A stretch of 64,000 nucleotides of DNA, taken from the NCBI RefSeq assembly GCF_006345805.1, contig NC_042997.1, positions 116,622,001 through 116,686,000 on the forward strand, read 5' to 3'. Numbering within the stretch: the stretch's first letter is position 1; every line of letters begins with the position of its first letter. Position numbers and translations under genes: made by a program. A model generated the notes under the pieces. It made no database searches. It was not told the origin of the DNA and saw nothing but the letters and a program-made list of their open reading frames with translations. The stretch comes from Octopus sinensis (lineage: Eukaryota). This document shows, in pieces, positions 36,318 through 50,758 of this stretch.

Positions 36318-36738
36318 GTGTGTGTGTGTGTGTGTGGTGTGTGTGTGTGTGTATGTATATATATATATATATCACTGTGATCACCGTGACCGACCAGGCT
36401 ATCAGATGTTGCTACACATCGCTGGTCACAATGCACTTGCATTGTTTTAGCCTTCAAATGACGCCACTCCGCTGGCTAAGCGAGCAGCCAACATATTATT
36501 ATATATATATATAAATCCTATATATATATATATATATAAATATTAACATAAAACATCCATAAAACATCGTTTTTGTTTTATTCAACTTGTAAAGGTTTAT
36601 ATTTTTTTTGATAATTGACATTTTTATGTTTCAGGTTCTATATGTGACTGTTTAATCATACCGTGTACAAAAGAAGCCTCAGAATTGTTTGAATTTCAAA
36701 GAGGCCGAATTGTGGGTCAGTCTATATATATATATACA

Positions 36739-36785
<47 letters not shown>

Positions 36786-36919
36786 ATATATATATATATA
36801 TCACTGTGATCACCGTGACCGACCAGGCTATCAGATGTTGCTACACATCGCTGGTCACAATGCACTTTGCATTGTTTTAGCCTTCAAATGACGCCACTCC
36901 GCTGGCTAAGCGAGCAGGC

Positions 36920-36955
<36 letters not shown>

Positions 36956-36957
36956 TA

Positions 36958-36995
<38 letters not shown>

Positions 36996-37190
36996 TATAT
37001 ATATATAATATTACATAAAACATCCATAAAACATCGTTTTATGTTTATTCTAACTTGTAAAGGTTTATATTTTTTTTGATAATTGACATTTTTATGTTTC
37101 AGGTTCTATATGTGACTGTTTAATCATACCGTGTACAAAAGAAGCCTCAGAATTGTTTGAATTTCAAAGAGGCCGAATTGTGGGTCAGTC
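36290..37190. repeat. Tandem duplication of about 430-470 bp
   Basis: 36290-36722 is repeated at 36723-37190; differences are mostly 1-bp indels and microsatellite length. Confidence 0.9.
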
Positions 37191-38225
37191 TAAAGGTGAA
37201 CATAGCGTAAAATCGCAGAAAAAACTTAGGGATCCAGCTTTCTACAGTTAATAGAGTGAGTGTGCAATTCACCAGAGAGGGGAAGGAATCCACATAACCT
37301 CGCCCAGATCAACTAGAGCCCTCTGACAAGACCCCTCTGACAAGACCCCTCTCTTTGTTAAGGAAAATGTGGAGGATAAAATTCGTTGCAAGGACTCTGA
37401 CATAGCAGAACAAGTTGATGTCAGTCCCAGAACAGCTGTTAAGTATCTCTACAAACTTGGTTACTATGGCAGAGCAGCAAGAAAGGAGCCACTTCTTCGA
37501 CCAGCCAGCATCAAGCGGAGAAAACATTGGGCCTGCGAGATGGTGGAGAGGCCACTCGCATTTTGGGACACTGTCATATTCTCTAATGAGTCCAGACTTG
37601 TATTTCTTGAAAAATGTCAGGTCTGGAAACTCTGTGATCAAGAATTTGATGTGAAAAGATTGCAGCCAACAATGAAATACAGCAGCTATTTTTTGATGGC
37701 CTGGGGAGCAATTTGGAGTAATGGTGGAATATGAGGGAAACACAAACTCAGATAAATGTGTCCATATTGCAGAAAGGACTCTTTCCAATCTTCTCCAGTG
37801 GTGAAATGATTAAAGATGACTCTCTATTTATGGAAGATGGGGCTCTTTGTCAAACGGCTAAAATATCTCAAGATTTGTTGGATGAGAATGGCTTCCATGG
37901 CCAAGCCAGTCATCAAATATGAACCCTATTTAACACCTCCGGGAAATAATGGACAGGACACTTCATAAAAAGAGCATCTTCAAAGCCAAATCTTTTGAGA
38001 TTACTGCATGAAACTTGGTAAGAAACTTGGCAAGTGAATATTCGTCAGCTGATCAGTAACATGCCTAATAGGGTCCTTGCATTGAAAAAATGTAAAGGGC
38101 TTGTCTATTAAATGTTAAATATTCACATTGTAACAATTAATAAATAATTTGAACGTATAATTTCAGATTTAAATAAATATTAATGATTACAATGGTATCT
38201 ATTTACTTCTGTCATGTGTGTGTGT
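37130..38225 (+). pseudogene. Decayed Tc1-family (DD34E-type) transposase and element 3' end
   Basis: FEFQRGRIVG, RAARKEPLL, WDTVIFSNESR, FMEDGA, WPSQSSNMNPI*HL with deletions and frameshifts. Confidence 0.9.
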
Positions 38226-38268
38226 GTATGTGTGTGCGCGCGTGTGTGTGTGTGCGCGCGTGCGTATA

Positions 38269-39196
38269 CGGTATATACTCGTGTAAAAGTCGAATTTTTT
38301 AGACCCTTATTAACGTCAAATTGATGGGGTCGACTATTACATGGATACAACTTTTGAGGGGCTGAAATTCAAGCTAGAATCCGAAGTACCGTTTCAGCAG
38401 CAGAAGCCCAACTGATCTCTAAGCGAATAAAAACAAAAACACAATGAATTACTGTAATATTAGCAATTCTCTACATCAAAACACAACGCTCTAGTAAATA
38501 ACAAAACCATAAACAAGACCGCGTAGCTTTGTTGTTCGCCAACAGTGCTGTCTGTGAAACACGTTTCTCTCCATATAAACAGACAAACGTATGATGCATG
38601 TGCTTATTGTATTTGGAAATGAGGAAAATATAAATGTCACATGGGAACCACTGGTCTAGCGTTTAGTTGGATGTTCTTAGGCTTGCCAAAGCCATGCCTT
38701 TGTACGAATTCAGAGAGTGGCGTTTGCCAGTGAACGCCAACACGTAAATAACGTTCTCACCATGTAAACAACGTTCTCACCATGTAAAAACAAGTTTTTC
38801 ACCATGTAAGACGCATGTGTTTATTGTGCTTGCAGGTGCACGCAGGATTGCAACATATCCTGTGCATACATTTTAGTAAAAGCGATGTAGCACCCATCAA
38901 CAGATGTGTACTGCTCGCTATTAAAAGGTGTTTTACTATAAGCACCGAGCATTCCATTATAAGCACCTGGCATTCCACCTATAGAGCAGGCTACAGTAAA
39001 GTAGACACACAATTTTGTAACAGTGTTATTTCTACGTACAGGATAATACGGTACCTTGACCCACAAATGTTGTCCTGTTATTCGTGAAATACTAGGGTCG
39101 ACTTTTATACGGGGTTTATGGAAAATTCCCAATTATTTTCCCCCGAATAGGGAGTCGACTTTTACACGAGATTGACTATTACTCGAGTATATACGA
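38269..39196. mobile_element. Non-autonomous pogo/Tc2-like element
   Basis: Inverted termini GTATATACTCGWGTAA.AGTC, repeated subterminal GTCGACT..TAYAC motifs; no transposase recognised. Confidence 0.75.
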
Positions 39197-39206
39197 CATA
39201 CATACA

Positions 39207-39240
<34 letters not shown>

Positions 39241-39271
39241 CATACATAAAGACATACAGATAGATATATAT

Positions 39272-39314
<43 letters not shown>

Positions 39315-39329
39315 ATTGTATATATATAA

Positions 39330-39727
39330 TTCATAGGTGCAGGCATGGCTGTGTGGTAAGAAGCTTGCTTTCCAACTGCATGTCTCGGGGTTCAGTCCCA
39401 CTGCGTAGCACCTTGGGTAGGTGTCTTCTACTATAGTCTCGGGCCGATAAAAGCCTTGTGAGTGGATTTGGAGGCGGAAACTGAAAAAAAAACCCGTCGT
39501 ATATTTATGTTTGTGTGTATTTGTGCTTATGTTTGTCTGTGTATGTCTTTTCACAACGCTTGACAACCGATGTCGGTGTGTTTACCACCCCAAAAAGTGA
39601 ACGATCGAATAAGCACTAGGCTTACAAAGAATGGCCGCAGTCAAATGACAAGCAAGTAACAGAATAAAATAAAAGAATATATATATGTAGTATATATATA
39701 TATATATAATATATATAATATATATAT

Positions 39728-39771
<44 letters not shown>

Positions 39772-39935
39772 ATATATAGAAATAGTAAAAAGTGAAAAAA
39801 ACTACAGAGGGGCTTAAAGGTTAAAAATATATATATTTGCGTCAATATGTCTGAAGAATATTAAAAATTTTTTTCCCTACAATGACATAATTTAGAAGAA
39901 AGACCGGTTTCGCGTCACAAACCAACTTTCTTATC

Positions 39936-39971
<36 letters not shown>

Positions 39972-40149
39972 TTACTCTTTTACTTGTTTCAGTCATTTGA
40001 GTGCGGCCATGCTGGAGCACCGCCTTTAGTCGAACAAATCGACCCCAGGACTTATTCTATCCGTCTCTTTTGCCGAGCCGCTAAGTTACGAAGACGTAAA
40101 CACAGCAGCATTGGTTGTCAAGTGATGGTGGGGAACAAATAGGAAAACA

Positions 40150-40194
<45 letters not shown>

Positions 40195-40575
40195 TTATAC
40201 GACGGGCTTCTTTCAGTTTCCGTTTACCAGATCTACTCACAAGACTTTGGTCGGTTCGAGGTTATAGTAGAAGACACTTGTCCAAGGTGCCACACAGTGG
40301 AACGGAATCCGGAACCATGTGGTCGGGAAGCAAGTTTCTTACCACACAGCTATTCCTGCGCCCATATACATACACAAATATATATATATGAGTCACCATG
40401 ATTGACCGCTTTTTTTTGTATTCTCTCTGTTTATTTCATCATGTACCTTTGTGTTGACGAGCATAGCCTCGAAATGTAAACAACTTTCCTCACTTTCTCG
40501 AGCGTCAAACTAATACACCTGCATGTTGTATATACACCTGTCTTCGTGTTTTGTTTTTCTGGAAATTTCAACTAC

Positions 40576-40627
<52 letters not shown>

Positions 40628-40641
40628 TATATATATGTAGT

Positions 40642-40673
<32 letters not shown>

Positions 40674-41550
40674 TGTATGTATGTATGTATGTATGTATGT
40701 GTGTGTGTGGTGTGTATGTGTGTGTGTGTATGTATGTATGTATGTATATGTATATGTATATGTAAAGCTATTAAGCGGGTAAACAAATTAAATATATTAA
40801 ATATAACAGCTTGGCTACGAAATACAAATAATTGTATATATGTATGCATGCAGAACGAGAGAAAGCAAAAGGTGGAGATTTCCAGACGATAAATATTTAT
40901 TAATCTAAATATCTATATTTTTATACTTCAGTATTTATCGTCTGAAAGTCTCCATATTTTGCTTTCTCTCATTTTGCATGTATATATATATATACATACT
41001 TCGTATATTGTATCCAAGATATTATATTTAATATATCTAATTTGTTTATCCGCTTAATGCTTCTATATCCGCTCAACTTGATATCTCTTATAGCCATTCT
41101 TTACCCTGTGGAATCGGTTCTCTGTGAAGATATCGAAGTCTAAGTTTGAATCTTTTGAGCACTACAAAGTGTCTTCTATACTGACATCGCTGAATCTCAT
41201 CTGTGAACTATATACATACATACATACATACACACAACATACATACATACATACATACATAACTACATACATACATACATACATACATACATACATACAT
41301 ACATACACACACCATGTATATATATATATATATAATAATATATATATATTATATATAAAATTAATTAAGGGTAGAAATGATATTTATCACTTGTTTATTG
41401 CTATGGTTTTGTGTTGAGTTTGATCTGAGAACATATCTTTTGTGGTGAATGGCGATTTGACGTCTATATCTAGCATGTTGACTGTCACTTTTCGTGTTCA
41501 GTCCTTAATTGGTATATATATCTATATATTATATATATATATATATATAT

Positions 41551-41617
<67 letters not shown>

Positions 41618-42007
41618 ATATGTATATATATACTTCATAGGTAACAGGCATGCTGTGGGGTAAGAAGCTTGCTTTCCAACTGCATTTCTCGGGGTTCAGT
41701 CCACTGCGTAGCACCTTGGGTAGTGTCTTCTACTATAGTCTCGGGCGATAAAGCCTTGTGAGTGGATTTGGAGGCGGAAACTGAAAAAAAAAAAACCCGT
41801 CGTATATTTATGTCTGTGTGTATTTGTCTTATGTTTGTCTGTGTATGTCTTTTCACAACGCTTGACAACCGATGTCGGTGTGTTTACCACCCAAAAAGTG
41901 AACGATCGAATAAGCAAACTAGGCTTACAAAGAATGGCCAGTCAAATGACAAGCAAGTAACAGAATAAAATAAAGAATATATATATGTATGTTATATATA
42001 TATATAC

Positions 42008-42069
<62 letters not shown>

Positions 42070-42242
42070 ATATATATATAGAAATAGTAAAAAGTGAAAA
42101 AAACTACAGAAGGGTTAAAGGTTAAAAATATATATATTTGCGTCAATATGTCTGAAGAATATTAAAAATTTTTTCCCTACAATGACATAATTTAGAAGAA
42201 AGACCGGTTTCGCGTCACAAACCAACTTTCTTATCTATATAT

Positions 42243-42273
<31 letters not shown>

Positions 42274-42904
42274 TACTCTTTTACTTGTTTCAGCAGTCAT
42301 TTGAGTGCGCCATGCTGGAGCACCGCCTTTAGTCGAACAAATCGACCCCAGACTTATTCTATCCGTCTCTTTTGCCGAGCCGCTAAGTTACGAAGACGTA
42401 AACACAGCAGCCATTGGTTGTCAAGTGATGGTGGGGAACAAATAGGAAAACACACACACAACACACACACACACCACACACACACACCACACACACACAC
42501 ATTATTTATACGACGGGCTTCTTTCAGTTTCCGTTACCAGATCTACTCACAAGACTTTGGTCGGTTCGAGGTATAGTAGAAGACACTTGTCCAAGGTGGC
42601 CACACAGTGGAACGGAATCCGAACCATGTGGTCGGGAAGCAAGTTTCTTACCACACAGCTATTCCTGCGCCCATATACATACACAAATATATATATATGA
42701 GTCACCATGATTGACCGCTTTTTTTTGTATTCTCTCTGTTTATATTTCATCATGTACCTTTGTGTTGACGAGCATAGCCTCGAAATGTAAACAACTTCCT
42801 CACTTTCTCGAGCGTCAAACTAATACACCTGCATGTTGTATATACCCTGTCTTCGTGTTTTGTTTTCTGGAAATTTCAAACTCATATATATATATATATA
42901 TATC

Positions 42905-42935
<31 letters not shown>

Positions 42936-43891
42936 TATAATATATGTATGTTATGTATGTATGTATGTATGAGTATGTATGTATGTATGTATGTATGTAT
43001 GTATGTGTGTGTTTGGTGTGTATGTGTGTGTGTGTATGTATGTATGTATGTATATGTATATGTATATGTAAAGCTATTAAGCGGGTAAACAATTAAATAT
43101 ATTAAATATAACAGCTTGGCTACGAAATACAAAATATGTATATATGTATGCATGCAGAACGAGAGAAAGCAAAAGGTGGAGATTTCCAGACGATAAATAT
43201 TTATTAATCTAAATATCTATATTTTTATACTTCAGTATTTATCGTCTGAAAGTCTCCATATTTTGCTTTCTCTCATTTTGCATGTATATATATATATACA
43301 TACTTCGTATATTGTATCCAAGATATTATATTTAATATATCTAATTTGTTTATCCGCTTAATTGCTTCTATATCCGCTCAACTTGATATCTCTTATAGCC
43401 ATTCTTTACCCTGTGGAATCGGTTCTCTGTGAAGATATCGAAGTCTAAGTTTGAATCTTTTGAGCACTACAAAGTGTCTTCTATACTGACAATCGCTGAA
43501 TCTCATCTGTGAACTATATACATACATACACATACACACTACATACAGACATACATACATACATACATACATACATACATACATACATACATACATACAT
43601 AATACAAACATAACACACATGTATATATATATATTATATATATATAATTATATATATAAAATTAATTAAGGGTAGAAATTGATATTTATCACTTGTTTAT
43701 TGCTATGGTTTTGTGTTGAGTTTGATCTGAGAACATAATCTTTTGTGGTGAATGGCGATTTGACGTCTATATCTAGCATGTTGACTGTCCACTTTTCGTG
43801 TTCAGTCCTTAATTGTATATATATATATATATATTATATATATTAGATATATATAGAGAGAGAGAGAGAGCGAGAGAGAAGAATAGTATAT

Positions 43892-43900
<9 letters not shown>
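39330..43900. repeat. Tandem duplication of about 2.3 kb (39330-41600 and 41635-43900), each with two family A SINEs, a pseudo-LTR fragment and a fold-back
   Basis: Colinear near-identity, differences mainly 1-bp indels; boundaries in (TA)n/(AG)n. Confidence 0.93.
40763..41065. mobile_element. About 300-bp imperfect palindrome (MITE-like); duplicate at about 43070-43370
   Basis: AAGCGGGTAAACAAATT versus AATTTGTTTATCCGCTT; GAGAGAAAGCAAAA..CAGACGATAAATA versus TATTTATCGTCTG..TTTTGCTTTCTCTC. Confidence 0.8.
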
Positions 43901-43924
<24 letters not shown>

Positions 43925-43932
43925 CGGGGGTA

Positions 43933-45206
43933 GGGTTGGACAAAATAATGGAAACACCTTAAAATTTCAAACAAATTTATTTCAATATGGGGTAGAACCG
44001 CCTTTGGAAGTAATTACAGCTTGAATTCTACGAGGTATGGACTCGTACAAAGTTTGAATTGTTTCCAAAGGAATTGTTGTCTATTCTTTAGCTAAAACAG
44101 TCTCCAGTTCTTGTAGTGATGATGGTGGAGGATGTCGACTCCTTACTTGTTTTTCTAAAATGTACCATAAATGTTCAATAATATTGAGATTTGGGGACTG
44201 TGGTGGCCAGATAAGATGTTCAACTTCACTAGAATGTTCCTCGTGCCATTTAGTCACAACTTTAGCTGTGTGAATTGGGGCATTATCATCCTGAAAGATG
44301 GCATTTCCCTCCGGAGACAGTTCTGCAACCATAGGATAAATTTTATAAGATAAAATGCTTAAATAATCTTGACTATTAATTCTGCCATGAAGGGAAACTA
44401 TTGGGCCAGCGGATTTCCAAGATATAGCTCCACCCCAGATCATCACAGATCCTTCTCCATATTTAACAGTTGGAAGAAGGCAGTCTGGATCAAATGCTTC
44501 TTTTGGCTGTCTCCACACGTATACTCTGCCAGTGGTCGGAAATAAGGTAAAAGATGACTCGTCCGAGAAAATAACATTATCCCACTACTCTAGGGACCAA
44601 TTCTGTAGGTTTTTACTCCACTCTAAACGCTTGCAACGTTTGTTTTTGAAAGTAGTGGTTTTCTGATTGCAGCCCTGCCGTGAAGTCCGGCTTTGTGCAG
44701 CTCCCGGCGAACAGTTTTTGTGGAAACTGGGTTCTCGATGTGATCAGTGAGCTCTGCAGCAATTTTCAGAGCTGCACTTTAGTGATCCTTTCTAACAATA
44801 CTCGTAAGATTCCGACAGTCCATATCTGAAAGTTTTGGTTTTCTTCCAGAGTTTTGTTTCGACGATGAGGTTTTTCCCCCTTTCTCAAAGGATGTCATTA
44901 CTTTCGGGACAGTACTTCTTGATACACTAAACATTTCGGCTGTTTCGTTACGCTAGCGGCTGCCATACGAGCACCAACAATTTGACCTCATTCAAAGTCC
45001 GATAGATCTCTCATTTTAATGAATTCTAATTACCTTTTGCTGATGATATCTAAAAAGAAATAGCAATTTTAGCAAAACATATTAAGCAACACTAATAATA
45101 AATTAAAAAAAAACATAAAAATAAACAAGCTTTTGACGGTTTTAGAGATATTTCAAAATTATGATGCTATGATGCTTGCTGTTTCCATTATTTTGTCCAA
45201 CCCCTG
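43933..45206 (-). mobile_element. Near full-length Tc1 transposon with dead DD34E transposase (about 45014 to 44000)
   Basis: TIRs GGGTTGGACAAAATAATGGAAAC at both ends; VIFSDES, FQDDNAPIH, WPPQSPNLNIIEHLW; in-frame stops. Confidence 0.93.
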
Positions 45207-45565
45207 TATATATGTTAATTCATAGCTTGCCTATTCTTATAATATATTCGCTGGCTGTCGTGAGGGGATTTAAAATTGACTAACCTTGGATGTATACGTG
45301 CAAATATTTGTATGTAGACGTGTGAACTTGATTTGTGCGGTATGCACGATTATTTGGACTTATATTTCCTTGTGTATTGTGTTCATAAAGAAAGAAAGCT
45401 TATTTTTGGCTTTAAACCAGAAATTGGAACCGATTCACAATTAACGTGAAGTCATTTTAATTTTCTCTTCACTAGAGATAGGTCGTTTTCGCCCTTGCGA
45501 AATATAATTATATGCATATGTATATTATTATTAATCTAATCTAACACACACACACCACACACACA

Positions 45566-45596
<31 letters not shown>

Positions 45597-46153
45597 TACA
45601 CACACACACACACATACACACAATTGTAACTGCCCGAAATAGTCGTGACTTCTGGGACTTGACTGATGAAAGAAAGCCAAGAATGACCCGTCTTTCAGAA
45701 CGTTTTAATGCCCTCTATTGTGTTTTTGTTCCACACACACACACACACACACACACATACATACATATATATATATTTATATAAAAGAATAGATAGAGAC
45801 ATGTATACATACATACACACATATATACATATGCATATACATATACATGTACATACATTCATACAAGTAGGGTTAGCGGTTGGAATAACCGTCTAAGGGA
45901 TAAGAATATCTATTCTTACTACCGGTATCAATTGCCCTGTGCATGGGTATGCAATCACACTATGCTCATAGGGTACAGGTAATAGCAGAATAAACAACTG
46001 TTTATCAGGAGTCAAATTTAAATATGCAGAAAATGGAGAAAATGTTTTGATCAACAAATTGACCAAAATCGATTAATTATTTTTTAATATAAATCTAAAG
46101 CCTGGTCAATTTGTCTGTTTGTCAATGAAAAGTTTTCTCCATGTTCTGCTTAT

Positions 46154-46207
<54 letters not shown>

Positions 46208-46332
46208 TATATATATCTTGTCTGTCAGTCAGCCAGTCTGTCTGCTTGCCTCACTGTCTGTCTGTCTGTCTGTCTGTTTGCCTCACTGTCTGTCTGTCTT
46301 TCTCTGTCTCTCTCTCTCTCTCTGCCTGTATA

Positions 46333-46365
<33 letters not shown>

Positions 46366-46380
46366 GTCTCTCTCTCTCTG

Positions 46381-46454
<74 letters not shown>

Positions 46455-46999
46455 GGTCCTGGGTCCAGTGTCACCTTGGGCAAGCCTTGTGATGGAATTT
46501 GGTAGACAGAAACGACACATTAACCCAGCAAATAGTCAATGACTGTGCTACTAAAGTGTACCAGGTCGTAAAACCTACCGTGCTCATAAAAACCATCATC
46601 ATCATCATTACCATCATCATCATCATTACCATCATCATCCTTACCGTCATCATCACCGCAAACACTACTACCTCCCAACCCACCACTATCATCACTATCT
46701 TCATCTTTTTATGATCGCTGTCATCATCACACCTCCTTTTAGACCTTTATGTGTGCGTGCGTGCGTGTGCGCGCGTTTGTTCCCCACTACCACTTGACAA
46801 TGCTGTGATGCTGTGTTTAATGTCCCCGATAGATAGAAGCTGTCAGAATAAGAACCAGGCTTAAAAAAAACTATATATCTATATATATAAATATATGAGG
46901 GTGAAAAATTCGATATTAATTTGATAACATCAATTTTAACGCCAGTGGTCTAGCATATATAAAAAGGTGAGGTTCAGTAAATAGTATTACATACAAATA

Positions 47000-47148
47000 C
47001 AAGAGGGAATTTACCACTATGTAGAAACCCTTATGCTAGAAGAAGATCCGCTATAGTCTTAACACTAAGAGAACAATTCTTAGTGGTAAGACCATAGCGG
47101 ATCTTCTTCTAGCATAAGGGTTTCCACATAGTGGTAAATTCCCTCTTA
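47000..47148. mobile_element. 149-bp near-perfect hairpin element (probable Tc1/mariner-type MITE)
   Basis: 70-bp arms 47001-47070 and 47078-47147 with 3 mismatches, 7-nt loop, TA on both flanks. Confidence 0.85.
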
Positions 47149-48304
47149 TATGTATGTATAAATATATGTATATATATGTATGTAAAATACCTCCCTGCAA
47201 CCGAGAAGTCAGTATAGTCACCTTGGCTACTGAGTGGAATATTGGTAACTTGAGAATCAAGGAGGCTATTTTCATTAAATACCAGAAACCAACAACAGAA
47301 CCAAGCTGAATGGCATGGGATAACTTTTCTAATTACTTTGCTTTACCTACCTTTTACCAACTCACCTTTTCTTGCCTTTCTAACCAATTTCTCTCACTCA
47401 TCCTCCACATCACAACGATTTTTATTTACTATATCCAACAGCTTTGTACAAAGAAATTCCCAAAATGCATCACATTACCTTAGTGACGTTTACCTACCTG
47501 CCCTTCTGTTGCCACGCCGTTCTATCAACTGTTACTGATACTTCCAAACTTTATCAAACAACTATTTATATGGAATTTCAGGCAATACTTTCGAAACAAC
47601 ACGTTAGAATGACATACTGACATCAATAAATTGCTCCGAACTCTTTGATAATTTTCTTTCTTTTATTTGAAAAGAGAATGTGTTCCCAAAATATAGCAGG
47701 CTTTTTAAACGACTAACGTAAAGTAATGCATTCTCTTTTCTCCTTTTCTTTTCATCCAGTGATATCCTCGTACATGTTTAGCTTAATTCCTCATCTGCAT
47801 TGTTCAACGATTTTTATGCAAACGTTTATCTCATTTACACATATTGCAATGCTTTAAGCAAATTACAATAGATTTTTATCCCTACACCTAACCAGGCTAA
47901 ATCTGTGACTATAATAAAATTATTCAATCTTTCGGAGAAACGTGCCAATTTTGCCAGCCAAATCAATTTCCTTAAATGCTGTTTGAAAGCCGATGTCATC
48001 CCGCCATTATTATCGCAACATCCATTCATCTACATTCTTTCAATCACTCCGAATCAATAATTCCTTGAACTTTTTACACCGGTTTTGCATTAAGAAACTT
48101 CTACAGTATCTACTTCGCCAACTTCATTTAAACACATTTTAAATCTTGACCCAACAACAAAAGTACAACTATAGGATTTAGCCACTACCTTAGACCGATG
48201 CTATCATAATTCCACAGATCTAGACAAAAGCCACTGATTAAACGTAAATTTCTCTGGATCTGTAACAAACACTATTCGCATTTGGACATTATTTTAATTA
48301 ACTG

Positions 48305-48698
48305 GTTCGTCTATCGTTGTCGACGATAACCATGCACTTTATATGCGAGAAGACGGAGCACGGTGCGTCCGGCTCCAGATGCGGCCGATCAGTCTGATGC
48401 ATGCTCGGAAGGCTCAACTGCAGGTCGGGCATTGGTGGTCTGTTGGGACTGAAGGCAAGGAGTTGGCTCTGGACCTGCGTAGTTCGCGTTTTCTTTGTGT
48501 CACTGCAACCTTGTTCTGTCCATAAAGTGACATCTCTGTTGGTGCAGCTTCAGCAGGCAGGCTGGTCTTGTGCTTGCGTTTTCCAGGTGTCGGGGTTGAT
48601 CTCAAAGCTCTTCAATGGGGCTTTGAGTGTGTCCTTGAAGCGCTTTTTCTGCTTGCCTTCCACCAGTTCGCTGTAAAACAGCCCCACCTGGACAAACA
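48305..48698 (-). mobile_element. RTE (BovB-like) LINE 3' end inserted antisense in the Penelope element
   Basis: LFYSELVEGKQKKRFKDTLKAPLKSF..W and C-terminal CPTCS zinc-finger remnant. Confidence 0.9.
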
Positions 48699-50340
48699 CT
48701 TCTCTAAAACTCAAACCAATAACATACTCTATCATGCAATCCGACATCACAATCCAACAACCACTCTTAATAAATCTAACTGGATCTCTTTCCCACTCTG
48801 GACTCGAACTTCTTAGTACCAGATCCAAATTCATCCTAACACAAGGGATCGACGACAAAGTTATGATTGACATGAAAATTAGCTTCTGCTGTACAGACTA
48901 CCAACTGAAAAGAATTTCTAATCTCAACTCCTACAACCACCACACCACCACTATGACTTGTACCGCTCTCACCACATCACCACTAGGATTAGAGCTTCTC
49001 CCAGTCCACAGTATACTCTACCTGTCACCTCGATAAGCTTTGTCCACCTATCCCGTCAACCATGAACTCAATCTTAAATTTGAGGAACTGAAGAGACTCA
49101 CCTTCAAATCCTTCATGAGCACACATCTAACCCCTAACTCTCTTATTGATAACATCTGGCTATGAAAAACCTCATATATAAAGACCTAATTTATAACTCA
49201 TTGAACAAAAGAAATGAATTCTGTACCGTTATCCAATTTTAGTTACAAACACCTTAGCACTTGGACATCTCGACAACAACGGTTTTTATATGACAGTCAC
49301 AAACATAACATGCTCCCAGATTGAAGACCACATCAGCACCACTTGGACTAAGATCTATAACCAGAAAAACGTCCGTTGCAAATTTATGAGCAACAGAAAC
49401 CACCAAAGAATTTTACCCTTTCTACGACCTTATTAAAACAGGTAGCCCAGGGCCCGATCTAAATTAAACCTACTGTCTTTAGTATCAACAGACCTGTTTA
49501 CAAAGTTTCCTGACTCCTCTTAAGGATATTTAGACCTCTCCTATGTTCTTTCCCTGGTCATTTAGTCTGCTCAGATGAGATTATTCAGAGACTCCACTGA
49601 TCCCGACCAGATATACGCAAGCACAGTAGGTATGTTTTCAGCCTCGATGTAATTATCTCTCAACACCTCTGCACATGCCCTCGCACGGAGCTTTTTATCT
49701 GGTGACAGACTGAATTATCTCTTGCAAAGTCAACTACTACAGTCGCACCACTATGGACATCCACCAACTTTCCATCATTGTTACACACACAGAATTCGCC
49801 CTTCACACTAAACAAAACTCCGGGATCCAGTCTTTTAAGTCTGCTACCTTATGGAGTACATGAATGTTTTGGAAAGCTCAGCACTCATCACCTGTGATTC
49901 ATACTCTTTCTTTACAAGGGACCTTGATGACTTTATGTATTATTCTAACGACAATGGAGCAAATTCTATATTTGATACATTCAATAATATTGATAAGTAC
50001 ATTTATTTCACAGTGGAACACGCCGACGAAATAAGAGCTCACCCTCTACTTGACTTTGTAATCAACATTTCAAAAGGTGACATCACTGCAAGATTCTATA
50101 AAAAGGGCCTGCCTGTACCTCACCAAGCGCTTTAAGTGAGTCCAACTCCTCTGTGCCAAGAACAATTACATCCAAAATAAAGTTTCTTGCATTCGTAACT
50201 AATGGAGCGAGGTGACTGCCCGAGCAATTTATATCACAAATTTCCCAAAGTTTGAAACTCAAAGGATACCCCCATATCTTTCACCGTTCTCTACAAGGTT
50301 CACGGCATAAAATACAGAACAACCATTACAAAGATACTTC

Positions 50341-50758
50341 CTATTTCTTTACTACCCACAAGGGGCTAAACACAGAGAGGACAATCAAGGACAGACAAAC
50401 GGATTAAGTCGATTATATCGACCCCAGTGCATAACTGGTACTTATTTAATCGATCCCGAAAGGATGAAAGGCAAAGTCGACCTCGGCAGAATTTGAACTC
50501 AAAACGTAGCGGAAGACGAAATACCTATTTCTTTATTACCCACAAAGGAATAAACACAGAGGAGACAAACAAGGACAGACAGATGGATTAAGTCAATTAT
50601 ATCGACCCCAGTGCGTAACTGGTACTTATTTAATCAACCCCGAAAGGATGAAAGGCAAAGTCGACCTCGGCGGAATTTGAACTCAGAACGTAACGGCAGA
50701 CGAAATACCGCAAAGCATTTCGCCCGGCGTGCCAACGTGTCTGCCAGCTCGCCGCCTT
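50341..50758 (-). mobile_element. Family B SINE concatemer (184-bp period)
   Basis: CTATTTC at 50341 and 50525; head ends GCCAGCTCGCCGCC. Confidence 0.95.
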
